Shown: positions 29,661 through 40,145, counted from the first letter of the stretch. The stretch is 48,197 bases of DNA from Candidatus Poribacteria bacterium (GCA_046582655.1 JAYGDX010000167.1:1-48197), one strand, 5' to 3'. The notes: generated by a model not told the origin, from the sequence alone. Made by a program: numbers and translations.

Positions 29661-30725
29661 ATGAACAATGGTAATAAAGTACGTCTCGGTTTTGTGGGAG
29701 CGGGTTACATGGGTCAATTGGCTCATATTGCTAACTATGCAACAATTGGAGATTGTGAGTTAGTCGCTTTGGCAGAAGGACGTGCTGAAACGGCAAAAGC
29801 AGTAGCCGAAAAGTACGGAATTCAAGAGGTTTATGTCGATCATCATAGCTTGCTTGAAAAAGCCGAAATTGATGCCGTGGTTGGTATTATGGGGTTTCAT
29901 TTTTTTTATTCGTTGGTAAAGGATTTGCTGTCCAGCGGCAAACACACTGCTACCGAGAAACCAATTTGTATTCAATCCGCCTCGGCACGGCATCTGGTAC
30001 AGCTTGCTGATGATAATCAGCTTATCTATCAGGTTGGATATATGAAACGTCATGACCCGGCAGCAAAAATTGTCCGCCAGACGGTTTTAGACTGGAAAGC
30101 GTCCGGTGAAGCTGGAAGCATGACATACGTTCGGATTACAATGCCGTCTGGTGACTGGAATTATCAAATTGAATCACCAATTAACATGGGAGATTCTGCT
30201 GAACAATATGAAGGTCAAACTGCAGAAACCACACCAGAATGGATGGGTGACTTTGGACAACAGTATATTGGATTCATTAATTTTTTTATCCATCAAGTAA
30301 ATCTATTGCGTTACCTCATTGATGAAGATTATACAGTTGATTATGTGGATCCGAAATCCCGACTGCTGGTGGCAATATCAGAAAGTGGAGTGCCATGTAC
30401 GCTTGAGATGGCACCTTGTGGTCATAGGGATCGATGGGAAGAACATTACAGAATTGGTTTTGATGGTGGACTCATCCAGCTAGATCTGCCCGCGCCAATG
30501 GCACGTCAACGGGCCGGCGATGTCACTATTTATAAAAATACTGGTTTTGGAAACCAGAAATATGCGCAAGAAATTCGCCCTGTTCTCCCTCAGCATTGGT
30601 CTTTTCTGGAACAGGCGCGGCATTTTGTCCACTGTATCAAGAATGGTCAACCGACAATTTCTCCCGCAACTGATGGCGTCAAGGATCTTGAAGTTTCCGA
30701 ACAATATATCCGAAAGCTTATGTAG
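29661..30725 (+). CDS. Gfo/Idh/MocA family oxidoreductase
   Basis: GFVGAGYMGQLAH, GKH...EKP, VGYMKRHDP. Confidence 0.9.
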   Translation: MNNGNKVRLGFVGAGYMGQLAHIANYATIGDCELVALAEGRAETAKAVAEKYGIQEVYVDHHSLLEKAEIDAVVGIMGFHFFYSLVKDLLSSGKHTATEKPICIQSASARHLVQLADDNQLIYQVGYMKRHDPAAKIVRQTVLDWKASGEAGSMTYVRITMPSGDWNYQIESPINMGDSAEQYEGQTAETTPEWMGDFGQQYIGFINFFIHQVNLLRYLIDEDYTVDYVDPKSRLLVAISESGVPCTLEMAPCGHRDRWEEHYRIGFDGGLIQLDLPAPMARQRAGDVTIYKNTGFGNQKYAQEIRPVLPQHWSFLEQARHFVHCIKNGQPTISPATDGVKDLEVSEQYIRKLM

Positions 30726-30822
30726 TAGTATGGGTAAGATTGGGTTTTTGACGCTGGCGCTGTGGAGATGGTATGGGTTTTGCGTGTAGTTATCAAGTGT
30801 ATTTTACGGGGAAACCAAGATT

Positions 30823-31221
30823 ATGAAAAATCCATCATCTTATGAGAGTTTGCAAGCCACCATTCGTGAAATGGAAACACCAAAGATTGAAACATGGGAG
30901 AATGCTTACAACGATAAAGAATACACCGTCGATATCTCTAATCCGGAATTTACAGCAGTTTGTCCGAAAACAGGATTGCCTGATTTTGCAAACATTACGA
31001 TCTCTTACGTACCCGACAAATATTGTGTAGAACTGAAGTCTTTAAAGGAATACTTTCACTTCTATCGTGATGTTGGAATCTTCCATGAGCACGTCATAAA
31101 TAAGATTATGGAAGATTTTGTTGCTTCCTGCAATCCACGTAAAGTTGAAATTGAAGGAGACTTTAACATTCGCGGTGGGATTAAAACGGTAATCCATGCA
31201 AGTTACACAAGAGATAAGTAA
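30823..31221 (+). CDS. queF: NADPH-dependent 7-cyano-7-deazaguanine reductase (type I QueF)
   Basis: PEFTAVCPKTGLPDFA, ELKSLK.Y, GIFHE, FNIRGGI. Confidence 0.96.
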   Translation: MKNPSSYESLQATIREMETPKIETWENAYNDKEYTVDISNPEFTAVCPKTGLPDFANITISYVPDKYCVELKSLKEYFHFYRDVGIFHEHVINKIMEDFVASCNPRKVEIEGDFNIRGGIKTVIHASYTRDK

Positions 31222-31222
31222 A

Positions 31223-32248
31223 TCATGCCACTTTTTTCCTCCGCCCGTTAAGCCACTGTTCTAGGACCAGAAGGATGAGTGCTAAACCCAGAAAATATTG
31301 AAACCGCTCTTCATAATGCGTAATTTTTTTCTGTCTAAATTTACGCTTCTCAAGAGATGATAGATCAGTATATAATTCCTTGATTTCTCTGCCAGACGGT
31401 GTGGCTTGATAGTAATTTCCGCCTGTCGTTAGTGCTAGATCTTGAAGCATCTTGTCGTTCAACTTAGTAACGATCAAATTTCCGTTTTGTCCTCGCTTGT
31501 ACCCTTCCAACTTCTTGTTTTTGGAAACAACCGGAATTGGTGACCCACTCCTAGATGAGCCCAAACCAACACAAAATATTCTGACACCCTGATCATGTGC
31601 AATTTTGGCGGTTTCAATGGCTTCTTTCCCATGATCTTCGCCATCGGAAAAGAAAATTAACACCTTATATTTTGTTTCGTCTTGATCAAAGACACTCATG
31701 GCTGTCTCTATAGCATCACGGAATTCTGTTCCTCCTTGCGATATCGTATCCACATCGAAGGCCAACAAGAATGTTCGTAGGGCTTCATAATCAGTGGTAA
31801 GTGGGCATTGAACAAAACTGCTTCCGGCAAAGGCAACCAGTCCAACGCGATCTCCTTGCAGTTTACTGACTAGTTGAGAAATGCCGTGTTTTGCTTTGAG
31901 AAGTCGATTCGGTTTAATATCCTCAGCCAGCATGCTGGTCGACAGATCGAGGGCTATAACTAAATCCAATCCCTTTTGCTCAATTGTCTGTTCTGTGGTT
32001 CCAATTTGCGGTTGGGCTAGAGCAAAACTGAGGAAAAGATATGCTAACAGTAAAAATAATAAACACGCTTTTTGAATGCGAAAATTAATCCACTGAGTAA
32101 GATGGGGTAGGAGGTAAGAATGACTAAACGCACGATATAACTGTTGTTTACGAAAATAGCCAAAAGCAACAAGCAAACAGAGAGGAAAAATGAACCATAC
32201 GATAGGTAGCAAAGCTGAATTACCAAATTTAATCCAGTTTAGCAACAT
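31223..32248 (-). CDS. Membrane-anchored VWA-domain protein (BatB-like)
   Basis: N-terminal TM, LAQPQIG, MIDAS DLSTSM, PNRL, DRVGLVAFAG, PLTTD, SDGEDH, ERFQ, C-terminal TM. Confidence 0.88.
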   Translation of the reverse strand: MLLNWIKFGNSALLPIVWFIFPLCLLVAFGYFRKQQLYRAFSHSYLLPHLTQWINFRIQKACLLFLLLAYLFLSFALAQPQIGTTEQTIEQKGLDLVIALDLSTSMLAEDIKPNRLLKAKHGISQLVSKLQGDRVGLVAFAGSSFVQCPLTTDYEALRTFLLAFDVDTISQGGTEFRDAIETAMSVFDQDETKYKVLIFFSDGEDHGKEAIETAKIAHDQGVRIFCVGLGSSRSGSPIPVVSKNKKLEGYKRGQNGNLIVTKLNDKMLQDLALTTGGNYYQATPSGREIKELYTDLSSLEKRKFRQKKITHYEERFQYFLGLALILLVLEQWLNGRRKKVA

Positions 32249-32258
32249 ATCGAACCAA

Positions 32259-32948
32259 TCAAAGTAGTTTTTCGATCTCTTGTTTTAAAGCCGAGTTCAC
32301 ACTCTTAGGCCAGCGAGAGGCATCAACTACCTTGAAATTAAATTCATCTGTCATCCTATCAAACTCATTGAGAATTAGCGTCTGATACTTTACAAAACTT
32401 TCGTATAAATCGTTGGATAGTCCGATATCCATTCCAGCTTCCCAATAATTTATGCTTTTGCCTGACTCGAACATACGAAGAACTAGATCTTCGATCCCGA
32501 TCTTGAGGTATATTACTAGGTTGGGTTCAAGTGCAAAGCCATAGACCTGGCGAATCCATTCTGAATCCACTCCTCGTACAAAATGCCGCGCAAACGCTGT
32601 ATACATGTATCGATCCGCTAGCACAATAAAACCTGACTTCAGTGCAGGGATAATCTGGTTTTCCAATCGATCGGCGAAGTCAGCTGCATATAAAACTGCA
32701 AACGTGATCTGATTAAGAGTGTTGCCCATTTTAACTTGATCAATTGCTGGTCCTAGAAGGGGAGATCGTGTCCAACCAGTATCGATTACTCCGTATCCTT
32801 TAACTTCCAACCATTCGGTTAAAATCTCTATTTGGGTTGATCTGCCAACACCGTCTGTGCCCTCAATAACAATGAGTTTTCCAGGTATATCACTAATATC
32901 TACATAAGGTAACCCATGTTTAAAAAATCTTGGGCTTTTCATTGTCAT
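32259..32948 (-). CDS. Thymidylate kinase-like protein (variant P-loop GTDGVGRST)
   Basis: LIVIEGTDGVGRSTQ, ADFADRLE..IIPAL..G.IVLADRY; paralog of the adjacent gene. Confidence 0.88.
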   Translation of the reverse strand: MTMKSPRFFKHGLPYVDISDIPGKLIVIEGTDGVGRSTQIEILTEWLEVKGYGVIDTGWTRSPLLGPAIDQVKMGNTLNQITFAVLYAADFADRLENQIIPALKSGFIVLADRYMYTAFARHFVRGVDSEWIRQVYGFALEPNLVIYLKIGIEDLVLRMFESGKSINYWEAGMDIGLSNDLYESFVKYQTLILNEFDRMTDEFNFKVVDASRWPKSVNSALKQEIEKLL

Positions 32949-32969
32949 GTCTAGTCATTGTTATTGGAC

Positions 32970-33719
32970 TTATATTTGGTGAACAGTCGATTTAGTATCT
33001 TTTTCCACAAGTAGTTCTTTTGTTTCAGATGCAATCATCCGTGGATGATACTGGTCATAACCTTTCAATTCCTTTTTCACGTAATTTCTCATGATCTCTT
33101 GTTGTTTGTCAATGGGATTATTACCGTCAATAACAGTCAAACCGAACTCTTCAACCTGTTGTTCATATTGGTTCAAGACACGTGTTTGAAACATCTTGAA
33201 ACTGGTTACAGGGTCATCAGATAGCCCAACATCCATTCCCGCTTCATAGGGCTTCAAACTTGTACGCCCACTAAGAATTCGATTAATTGACACATCGATC
33301 GGAATTTTGAAGTAGAATGAAATATTCGGCTTAATAGCAAAGGAGTATAAATTTCTCACCCAGTCGGAGTGTATGCCGCGGGCTACATCACGAGCATACG
33401 CAGTGTAAACATATCGATCTGCTAATACGATCATCCCAGCCTGTAGTGGTGGGATAATGACGTTTGCTAATCGATCGGCGAAGTCAACAGCGTGAAGTAT
33501 GCTGAATGTTGTTGGTGTCAGCAGGTTTTTCTTTTTTCCTTTTTTTGTTGTTTTCTTGACCAGATCAGAGGAATTCCATTCAGTAAAAAAGACGCTATAA
33601 CCTTCTGAAATCAACCATTTATGAAGGAGGTCCAATTGTGTGCTTTTGCCAGAACCGTCAATTCCTTCCACGATGAAAAGCTTTCCAGGATAAGGATGAT
33701 CATCCATTAAATTGGCCAT
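32970..33719 (-). CDS. Thymidylate kinase-like protein (canonical P-loop)
   Basis: IVEGIDGSGKSTQ, DFADRL...IPPL..G.IVLADRY, YEAGMD. Confidence 0.9.
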   Translation of the reverse strand: MANLMDDHPYPGKLFIVEGIDGSGKSTQLDLLHKWLISEGYSVFFTEWNSSDLVKKTTKKGKKKNLLTPTTFSILHAVDFADRLANVIIPPLQAGMIVLADRYVYTAYARDVARGIHSDWVRNLYSFAIKPNISFYFKIPIDVSINRILSGRTSLKPYEAGMDVGLSDDPVTSFKMFQTRVLNQYEQQVEEFGLTVIDGNNPIDKQQEIMRNYVKKELKGYDQYHPRMIASETKELLVEKDTKSTVHQI

Positions 33720-33764
33720 TTCGCATCCTGCAAGACTATAGATTTTATAGGGTGGTTTTTCAGT

Positions 33765-34931
33765 TTAGTAGGTTGTTCCTAAGTTTTGACGTGCCAGAAC
33801 AGAAGCACCTATAACTCCCGCGTCATCGCCCAGTTTGGCAGTCACAATTTCTATGCCATCCATGGTATTTGGTAGAGCATACGCTTTGGCAAATTTGCGG
33901 ATTCGCTTGATAAACTCATCATCTAATGCTTCAACAACCCCCCCACCAAGTATAATCATCTCAGGATTCAAAAAATTGACCACTGAAGCGATTCCAATTC
34001 CAAGATACTTGGCAGTACGTCGTATTACCTTAATTGTTACTTTGTCACCTGATGCCACTGCTTTTGCTAAAGTCTTACTTCGAATATTATCTAGATTGCC
34101 GTCGTTCAACTCTAAAATATGGCTCTTTCTTCCCTGTTTAAGAACGGCTTTGCGAATCTTTTTGGTAATTGCTGTTCGGCTTGAAATAGCTTCTAAGCAT
34201 CCTGAATTGCCGCAATTACACTTCGGTCCATTGGCTTTGACAATTATGTGACCGATCTCGCCGGCTGTTTTATTGGTACCATGAAAGAGCTTTCCATTCA
34301 GGATAATACCGCCTCCAATGCCAGTTCCAACAAAAATCCCAACCAGACTGTTGGCTCCCTGTCCCGCACCATGAGTAAATTCCCCCACAGTTCCAACGTT
34401 AACGTCATTATCGAGAAAAGTTGGGATATTAAGTCGGCTTTCAAGTTCTTTTTTCAATGGCACATTATACCAATTGAGGTTAGGCGCGAATATAATGACG
34501 CCATCCTTCGGATCGAGTGGACCAGGTGCACCAATTCCGACCGATTGGATACTAGCTTTACTCAGACCTGCTTGTTTAATTGCCTTGTTTATACAATCAG
34601 CGATGCGATCAATCACCTGAGTTGGGTCCTTGTGTGCTTTAGTGGCTGTTTTAGCCCTTGAAAGAATGGTTCCATCCCCTGTAATTATGGCCGCAAGAAT
34701 CTTTGTCCCACCCATGTCAACACCAACTACATATTTTTCGGAGTCTGTTTTAGCAATTAGACTCTGCGCTTCTTTAATAATTCGTGCGGCGTGAGATAAT
34801 GGTATGCCTGTATCAGCGCATAGGCTCTTTGCATTCACGTTAACGATATTAGCTATTGATTGATATCCACCTTGCCTCAGTTTTTCAGCAAAAAATTCGC
34901 CAACGCCCTTAATGGCAGTCAAATTCTTCAT
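33765..34931 (-). CDS. ROK family sugar kinase with N-terminal helix-hairpin-helix domain
   Basis: LTAIKGVG...AEKL...GY HhH; GVDMGGTK, GAPGP, NDVN, GTGIGGG, GEIGH, CNCGNSGCLE; AAGGAG RBS. Confidence 0.9.
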   Translation of the reverse strand: MKNLTAIKGVGEFFAEKLRQGGYQSIANIVNVNAKSLCADTGIPLSHAARIIKEAQSLIAKTDSEKYVVGVDMGGTKILAAIITGDGTILSRAKTATKAHKDPTQVIDRIADCINKAIKQAGLSKASIQSVGIGAPGPLDPKDGVIIFAPNLNWYNVPLKKELESRLNIPTFLDNDVNVGTVGEFTHGAGQGANSLVGIFVGTGIGGGIILNGKLFHGTNKTAGEIGHIIVKANGPKCNCGNSGCLEAISSRTAITKKIRKAVLKQGRKSHILELNDGNLDNIRSKTLAKAVASGDKVTIKVIRRTAKYLGIGIASVVNFLNPEMIILGGGVVEALDDEFIKRIRKFAKAYALPNTMDGIEIVTAKLGDDAGVIGASVLARQNLGTTY

Positions 34932-34973
34932 TTTTTTCTCCTTAACTTTACCGGTTTGGCGGTAAAATCTGGT

Positions 34974-36773
34974 TTATGATTCGCCAAGAATTATTCTGAC
35001 AATTGATTCGTTGTAGGAGTTAATCCGTCGTAAGTAGTTGATCAGATCGAGGTGAATGTTGCTACTATTGATTGACAATTCGACATTATGGCTTAGTCGA
35101 TTATAGTGGGAACGTCGGTAAGCATACTCTAGTTCAATTAGTTCGGATCTGCTAGCTAAAGCCGATCTGGCAAGAATTTTGTCGTCTTCAGTAAAGGCCC
35201 GAATAACTGTATCATAGTTTTCCAATACCCGATGGTGATATTCAACCAATTCGGCTCGACCTTCCTCCGAAAACTTGATGTTGTTTTCAGCTTTTTTTTC
35301 CAATAAGGTGACTAAATTCTTCTCGATGACATCGCCGATATTTTTCAGCTCACTGGTAACATGAAGCAATTTAATGGTGGAATCTGACTGTTCGGCAGTA
35401 ATACGCTCTCCTGCTAATTTGCTAAGATATGAAAATATTTCCCGTCTTAGAAAGTCAGTCAAACTATCAGCTTGCAGAATATTGGAAGCTACTTGCGCCT
35501 CATTATTAATGAATGCAGGCATAATTTGAGTCAACATATCTCGGACTTCATTAGCTACCCGAAGCACTTCCAATTTTGTCTGTTCGATTGCTATCGCTGC
35601 TGTGTCGAGCAGATCTGGATTGAGATATTGGGTTGCAAGTACAATCTGACTTGATGCCTCGTCCTTAACTTGAGCTAAATCAGGAATGAATTTTTCTGCC
35701 ATTTTCGCAAAATATCCCGCAAATGGCAGGAAAATTAACGTATTAACAACATTAAATATCGTGTGGGCGTTAGCAATTTGACGTGGCGTTTCGGCAGCAA
35801 GCTTGTCTGATGCTAGCAAGCCCAATTCAGCGGCAGGTGAGATTAAAGTCACCAAAACTGCGAGCCTATCAATCAGAGCTATCCAGAGGATAACCCCCAA
35901 GATGTTGAACAGGATATGGACGGCACTAGCCCGAACAGCCTCACGGGGTTTTCCAATTGAAGCTAGGGCTGCTGTGATACAAGTACCAATGTTGGCTCCA
36001 AAAATAAGGGCGATCCCGGCGGGGAGTGAAATGAGACCTTGACTGGCCATGGTGATAACAATACCGGTTGTTGCCGATGAGGATTGGACGAGACCAGTAA
36101 ATAACGCAGACGCCAAAATCCCAAAGATGGGGTTCTTCATCCGCTCCATCAGGTCAGTGAACGGTGGATAGGTACGGAGAGGGTTCATACCATCGCTCAT
36201 CACTCCCATGCCAAAGAAGATGAGTCCCAACCCCATCAACATCCCACCATAATTTTTAATGCGATCTGTCTTACTGATAAACAGCATTCCAAAACCGATA
36301 GCGATTAACAACAAGGCATATTTAGTGATTTTAAAAGCTATGATTTGGGCGGTAATCGTAGTACCAATGTTGGCACCGAATATAATCCCAACTGCTTGTG
36401 AGAGACTCATTACCTCAGCAGTGATGAAGCCGACAACAAGAACAGTTGTTACTGATGAGGACTGAATAATGGCAGTGACGAATGCTCCAGTTAATGCACC
36501 GGTGAACCGATTCATCGCCAATTTAGCCAGAAGGTTTTTCATCTGTTCGCCGGCAGCAGCTTTCAAGGCGTCTGACATCTGTTCCATGCCGAATAGGAAA
36601 AGTGCTAGACCGCCGAGCAATCCCATGGCCATTTTGAATAAATCAAGATTGGCTTGGTTGGAAGACACACTATCTGCAGCTAAACAGATTGAGATGGAGA
36701 ATATAATGGAGATGATGCAGAACAATACCAACCGAATCAGCCGACGATTCAATGCTATGGGCAGTTTAATCAT
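34974..36773 (-). CDS. Na+/phosphate cotransporter (NptA/YjbB type) with C-terminal PhoU-like domain
   Basis: Two QSSS repeats each followed by GANIGT; GGLALFLFGM; RQIANAHTIFN; helical C-terminal domain. Confidence 0.93.
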   Translation of the reverse strand: MIKLPIALNRRLIRLVLFCIISIIFSISICLAADSVSSNQANLDLFKMAMGLLGGLALFLFGMEQMSDALKAAAGEQMKNLLAKLAMNRFTGALTGAFVTAIIQSSSVTTVLVVGFITAEVMSLSQAVGIIFGANIGTTITAQIIAFKITKYALLLIAIGFGMLFISKTDRIKNYGGMLMGLGLIFFGMGVMSDGMNPLRTYPPFTDLMERMKNPIFGILASALFTGLVQSSSATTGIVITMASQGLISLPAGIALIFGANIGTCITAALASIGKPREAVRASAVHILFNILGVILWIALIDRLAVLVTLISPAAELGLLASDKLAAETPRQIANAHTIFNVVNTLIFLPFAGYFAKMAEKFIPDLAQVKDEASSQIVLATQYLNPDLLDTAAIAIEQTKLEVLRVANEVRDMLTQIMPAFINNEAQVASNILQADSLTDFLRREIFSYLSKLAGERITAEQSDSTIKLLHVTSELKNIGDVIEKNLVTLLEKKAENNIKFSEEGRAELVEYHHRVLENYDTVIRAFTEDDKILARSALASRSELIELEYAYRRSHYNRLSHNVELSINSSNIHLDLINYLRRINSYNESIVRIILGES

Positions 36774-36826
36774 AGGGCTTCTTAATTTAGGAAGTTAATA
36801 TCTTGGTGATACTATGATCCTAAGAA

Positions 36827-37918
36827 CTATGGTGCAGGGGTTTCAAGATTCTTGGCATTTTGGCGCAAAAAATGATCCGCCAAAACGAGCGCCATCATGG
36901 CTTCAACGATTGGTACGGCTCTGGGTAAGACGCAGGGATCATGGCGACCACGGGCAGAAAGAACAATCTCATTTCCACCGATGTCGACGGTCTGTTGATC
37001 TTTTCGAATTGTAGCTGTGGGTTTAAATGCTGTTTGAATTAAAATGTTTTCGCCGTTAGAGATGCCTCCCTGTATGCCCCCCGAATGATTGGTACGGGTA
37101 CGGATTCGACCAGCATCATTGTAAAAAGGATCATTATGTTCTGAGGCTGTCATTGTGGTGCTATTAAAGCCCGAACCAATCTGGAAGCCCATTGTTGCCG
37201 GGATTGACATCATGCCCTTAGCCAAATCAGCCTTTAGTTTGTCAAACACTGGTTCCCCTAGTCCAACTGGTACATTTCGAGCAATTGATTCCACCACACC
37301 ACCAACCGAATCACCTTCCTGTCTAGCACGGTCAATACAGTCGATCATCTCTTTGCTGGCTTGTGGATCTGGGCATCGTACTAAGCTCTGATCTACCTGT
37401 TCTACCGTAGTTGTTTTCGGGTTCACTTCAGCAAAAATTTTATGGATCTGCTTAACATAGCCAACAATCTCAATCCCACATTGTTCATGCAGGATCTGTT
37501 TTGCGATTGCGCCAGCGGCAACCCGACCAACTGTCTCTCGTGCACTTGCCCGTCCTCCTCCTTGCCAGTTACGAATACCATACTTCTCCTGATACGTCAT
37601 ATCCGCGTGTGATGGACGATACACATCTTTCAAATGCTCATAGGCGGATGGTCGGGCATCCTCATTTTTAACCAGCATTAAGATTGGCGTGCCGAGCGTT
37701 TGCCCTTCAAAAATGCCGGACAAAATTTCAACCTGATCTGATTCTTGTCGTGGGGTGGTGAGGTGACTTTGGCCAGGTCTTCGTCGATCAAGATCCGACT
37801 GGATGCGGGAAATATCAACTTTCAACTTTGAAGGGCATCCATCAATGACGGCGCCAACAGCACCCCCATGAGATTCTCCCCAAGTCGTAACTCGAAAAAG
37901 ATGGCCGAATGTGTTCAT
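36827..37918 (-). CDS. aroC: Chorismate synthase
   Basis: [47 protein letters not shown]. Confidence 0.98.
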   Translation of the reverse strand: MNTFGHLFRVTTWGESHGGAVGAVIDGCPSKLKVDISRIQSDLDRRRPGQSHLTTPRQESDQVEILSGIFEGQTLGTPILMLVKNEDARPSAYEHLKDVYRPSHADMTYQEKYGIRNWQGGGRASARETVGRVAAGAIAKQILHEQCGIEIVGYVKQIHKIFAEVNPKTTTVEQVDQSLVRCPDPQASKEMIDCIDRARQEGDSVGGVVESIARNVPVGLGEPVFDKLKADLAKGMMSIPATMGFQIGSGFNSTTMTASEHNDPFYNDAGRIRTRTNHSGGIQGGISNGENILIQTAFKPTATIRKDQQTVDIGGNEIVLSARGRHDPCVLPRAVPIVEAMMALVLADHFLRQNAKNLETPAP

Positions 37919-38125
37919 GAGCCTGAAAGTCTCCAGATCCTACCCCAAAATCAGCTTGACAAATTGGGGATGATTTATTAATCTATGCTTCTGATTTCTT
38001 GCTGTGTTTAACAATGCAAAAGACTATTTCTCAACTATAACATAGGGACATAGCAAGAGCAATGATAAATCTCCTCGCAGTTTTATTCGAACACGACTGA
38101 GGTCATGTTCTCTTAAATTTTCTTC

Positions 38126-38701
38126 ATGAGAATCCGATATAATTCGCCGGTTGTTCTTACTTTTTCCATCGTTGTGGTGTTGGTTCAGCTCATCGACACT
38201 TACCTGATAAAAGAGTTTACCGAAACAATCTTTTTGGTTCGCGGCACAATGTCTTTTGTGGATCCGCTCGACTATTTCCGTCTTTTCTCACACGTACTTG
38301 GTCACACAGGCTGGGAACATCTGCTGGGTAACCTGACCTTTGTTCTGTTACTAGGCCCCATTTTGGAAGAACGGTACGGTAGCGACAAAATATTAATAAT
38401 GATTGCCATAACAGCGCTTTTTACGGGGATTTTGAATGTGGCAATTTTTTCAACAGGTCTGCTTGGTGCCAGTGGTGTCGTTTTTATGCTAATTATTTTA
38501 GTATCCATCGTTAACATGAAAAAGGGCGAAATCCCGTTGACCTTTTTGTTGATAGCTGCCATCTTTATTGGAAAAGAGTTGATTGGTGCAATCGCGTCCG
38601 ATAACGTTTCACAAATGGCACACGTAGCCGGTGGCACAATTGGCTCGGTCTTTGGTTTTTCCATCAGACAAACAAATGGTGAGAACGAATTGTCCGCTTA
38701 A
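38126..38701 (+). CDS. Rhomboid family intramembrane serine protease
   Basis: HxxxxHLLGN, GASG catalytic Ser, AHVAGG catalytic His. Confidence 0.9.
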   Translation: MRIRYNSPVVLTFSIVVVLVQLIDTYLIKEFTETIFLVRGTMSFVDPLDYFRLFSHVLGHTGWEHLLGNLTFVLLLGPILEERYGSDKILIMIAITALFTGILNVAIFSTGLLGASGVVFMLIILVSIVNMKKGEIPLTFLLIAAIFIGKELIGAIASDNVSQMAHVAGGTIGSVFGFSIRQTNGENELSA

Positions 38702-38720
38702 CTAACTTAATAGAGTAAAG

Positions 38721-39242
38721 TTGAAATCACTACGCGCAAAGCCTCTCAAGGATTTCCTGAAACGGGTTGAACGGCCAAAAGTAGAATTAATCTTCATTTT
38801 GCAGGATGTTGAAGATCCGGTGAACGTCGGATCCTCCTTTCGAATCGCAGATGCGTGCGGCATTAAAAAAATGTTTCTGACGGGAATTAGCGCATGTCCA
38901 CCGCATCCAGTTATCAAGAAGGTCGGTCGGGGAAAGGATCGACGTATCAAATGGGAATATGCTGAGCAAGCGGCAGATGTAATCATCAATTTGCAAAAAG
39001 AAGGATTTACTAGCTGCGCATTAGAGGTCACTGTAGATGCCCAGCTATATTATAAAGTGAACTATCCGGACAAGCTCTGCTTGGTGGTTGGGCACGAGGA
39101 TCATGGCGTTACAAAAAGAACTTTGGCTGTTTGCGACATGAGGGTTTTTCTGCCCATGTATGGGAAGGGAACCTCTATGAATGTACATGTTTCATTGGCA
39201 ATTGCTGCTACCCATATCCTGTATAGCAAAAACGTTACATAG
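38721..39242 (+). CDS. TrmH/SpoU family RNA 2'-O-methyltransferase
   Basis: NVGSSFRIADACG, VVGHEDHGV, LPMYG...SMNV. Confidence 0.9.
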   Translation: MKSLRAKPLKDFLKRVERPKVELIFILQDVEDPVNVGSSFRIADACGIKKMFLTGISACPPHPVIKKVGRGKDRRIKWEYAEQAADVIINLQKEGFTSCALEVTVDAQLYYKVNYPDKLCLVVGHEDHGVTKRTLAVCDMRVFLPMYGKGTSMNVHVSLAIAATHILYSKNVT

Positions 39243-39263
39243 AATTAGAATCGAAAGGTAGAA

Positions 39264-40073
39264 ATGAACTATCCAGAAATCCTGACGACCACAGAGAATA
39301 TTGCCCGTGAAGCTGGTAGTATCCTGATGGATTATTACGGCAAAATACATAATATCAAACATAAGGGACCTGGGGATGTCGTCACCGAAGCGGATATGGC
39401 ATCGGAGGAACATATCACCAATAGACTCAAATCCGAGTTCCCTGGTTACACTATTTTGGGTGAAGAGTTTGGTATCTTAAAAACGGAATTGGAATCAGAC
39501 TGTTGTTGGGTGATTGATCCGTTAGATGGCACCGCAAACTATGCTATGCATTTTCCAATCTTTGCGGTTTCGATTGGACTTTTGCATAAAGGAGATCCAG
39601 TTATTGGAGTAGTATACGACCCAAACACCAACCGAATGTTTTGTGCTGCTAAGGGACATGGTGCAACAATAGACAGCAATCCCATTTCAGTTAATCTGAA
39701 TGCCAAAATAACACCGGATGGACTTTTTGGATTTGCCTCTCGCATGTTGCACAGCAATCATCGTTTCATCGGTAATTTTTTAAAGGGGCGAAACTTGGGG
39801 TCAGCAGCTTTGCAGGTATGCGCGGTTGCATCTGGATTCTTTGATGGTACAATTGATCTTGGCACCAAGCTGTGGGATATCGCCGCAGGTGCGGTAATCC
39901 TCACTGAAGCTGGAGGAAAGATCACGTCACCGTTTGGCACACCAATCTTTCCATTGCCCAAAGGCTCTTCAGCTTACAATAGTGATCCTGTTGCTTTTCT
40001 TGCAACTAATGGAGTTCTCCATGATGAATGCGTTGAACGGTTCAGGAAAGGAGAGGAGAACCAGCCAGCTTAA
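39264..40073 (+). CDS. Inositol monophosphatase family protein (SuhB-like)
   Basis: VTEAD, GEE, WVIDPLDGTANY, GSAAL, WDIAAG. Confidence 0.93.
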   Translation: MNYPEILTTTENIAREAGSILMDYYGKIHNIKHKGPGDVVTEADMASEEHITNRLKSEFPGYTILGEEFGILKTELESDCCWVIDPLDGTANYAMHFPIFAVSIGLLHKGDPVIGVVYDPNTNRMFCAAKGHGATIDSNPISVNLNAKITPDGLFGFASRMLHSNHRFIGNFLKGRNLGSAALQVCAVASGFFDGTIDLGTKLWDIAAGAVILTEAGGKITSPFGTPIFPLPKGSSAYNSDPVAFLATNGVLHDECVERFRKGEENQPA

Positions 40074-40085
40074 GCTGGTTTTCTT
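40065..40085 (+). terminator. Intrinsic terminator overlapping the stop codon
   Basis: CCAGC-TTAA-GCTGG followed by TTTTCTT. Confidence 0.5.
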
Positions 40086-40112
40086 GACTGGTACGTTTCA
40101 TAGTGATATGAT
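40084..40112 (+). promoter_or_regulatory. Sigma70-like promoter for def
   Basis: TTGACT-N17-TATGAT with TG extended -10. Confidence 0.6.
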
Positions 40113-40145
40113 TAGCAAATTGTGATTACATGAGGGGAAAAGCTG

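Noticed and set aside
30726..30822. Possible preQ1 riboswitch upstream of queF
   Set aside because: No recognisable preQ1 stem-loop with A-rich tail by eye; an Rfam scan would be decisive.
34947..34966. Hairpin TTTACCG-N6-CGGTAAA between the Na/Pi transporter and ROK genes
   Set aside because: No U-tract on the coding strand, so not called a terminator; function unsupported.
37942..37969. CCCCAA...TTGGGG inverted repeat around TTGACA in the aroC/rhomboid intergenic region
   Set aside because: Short arms and only a weak -10 match; insufficient support.
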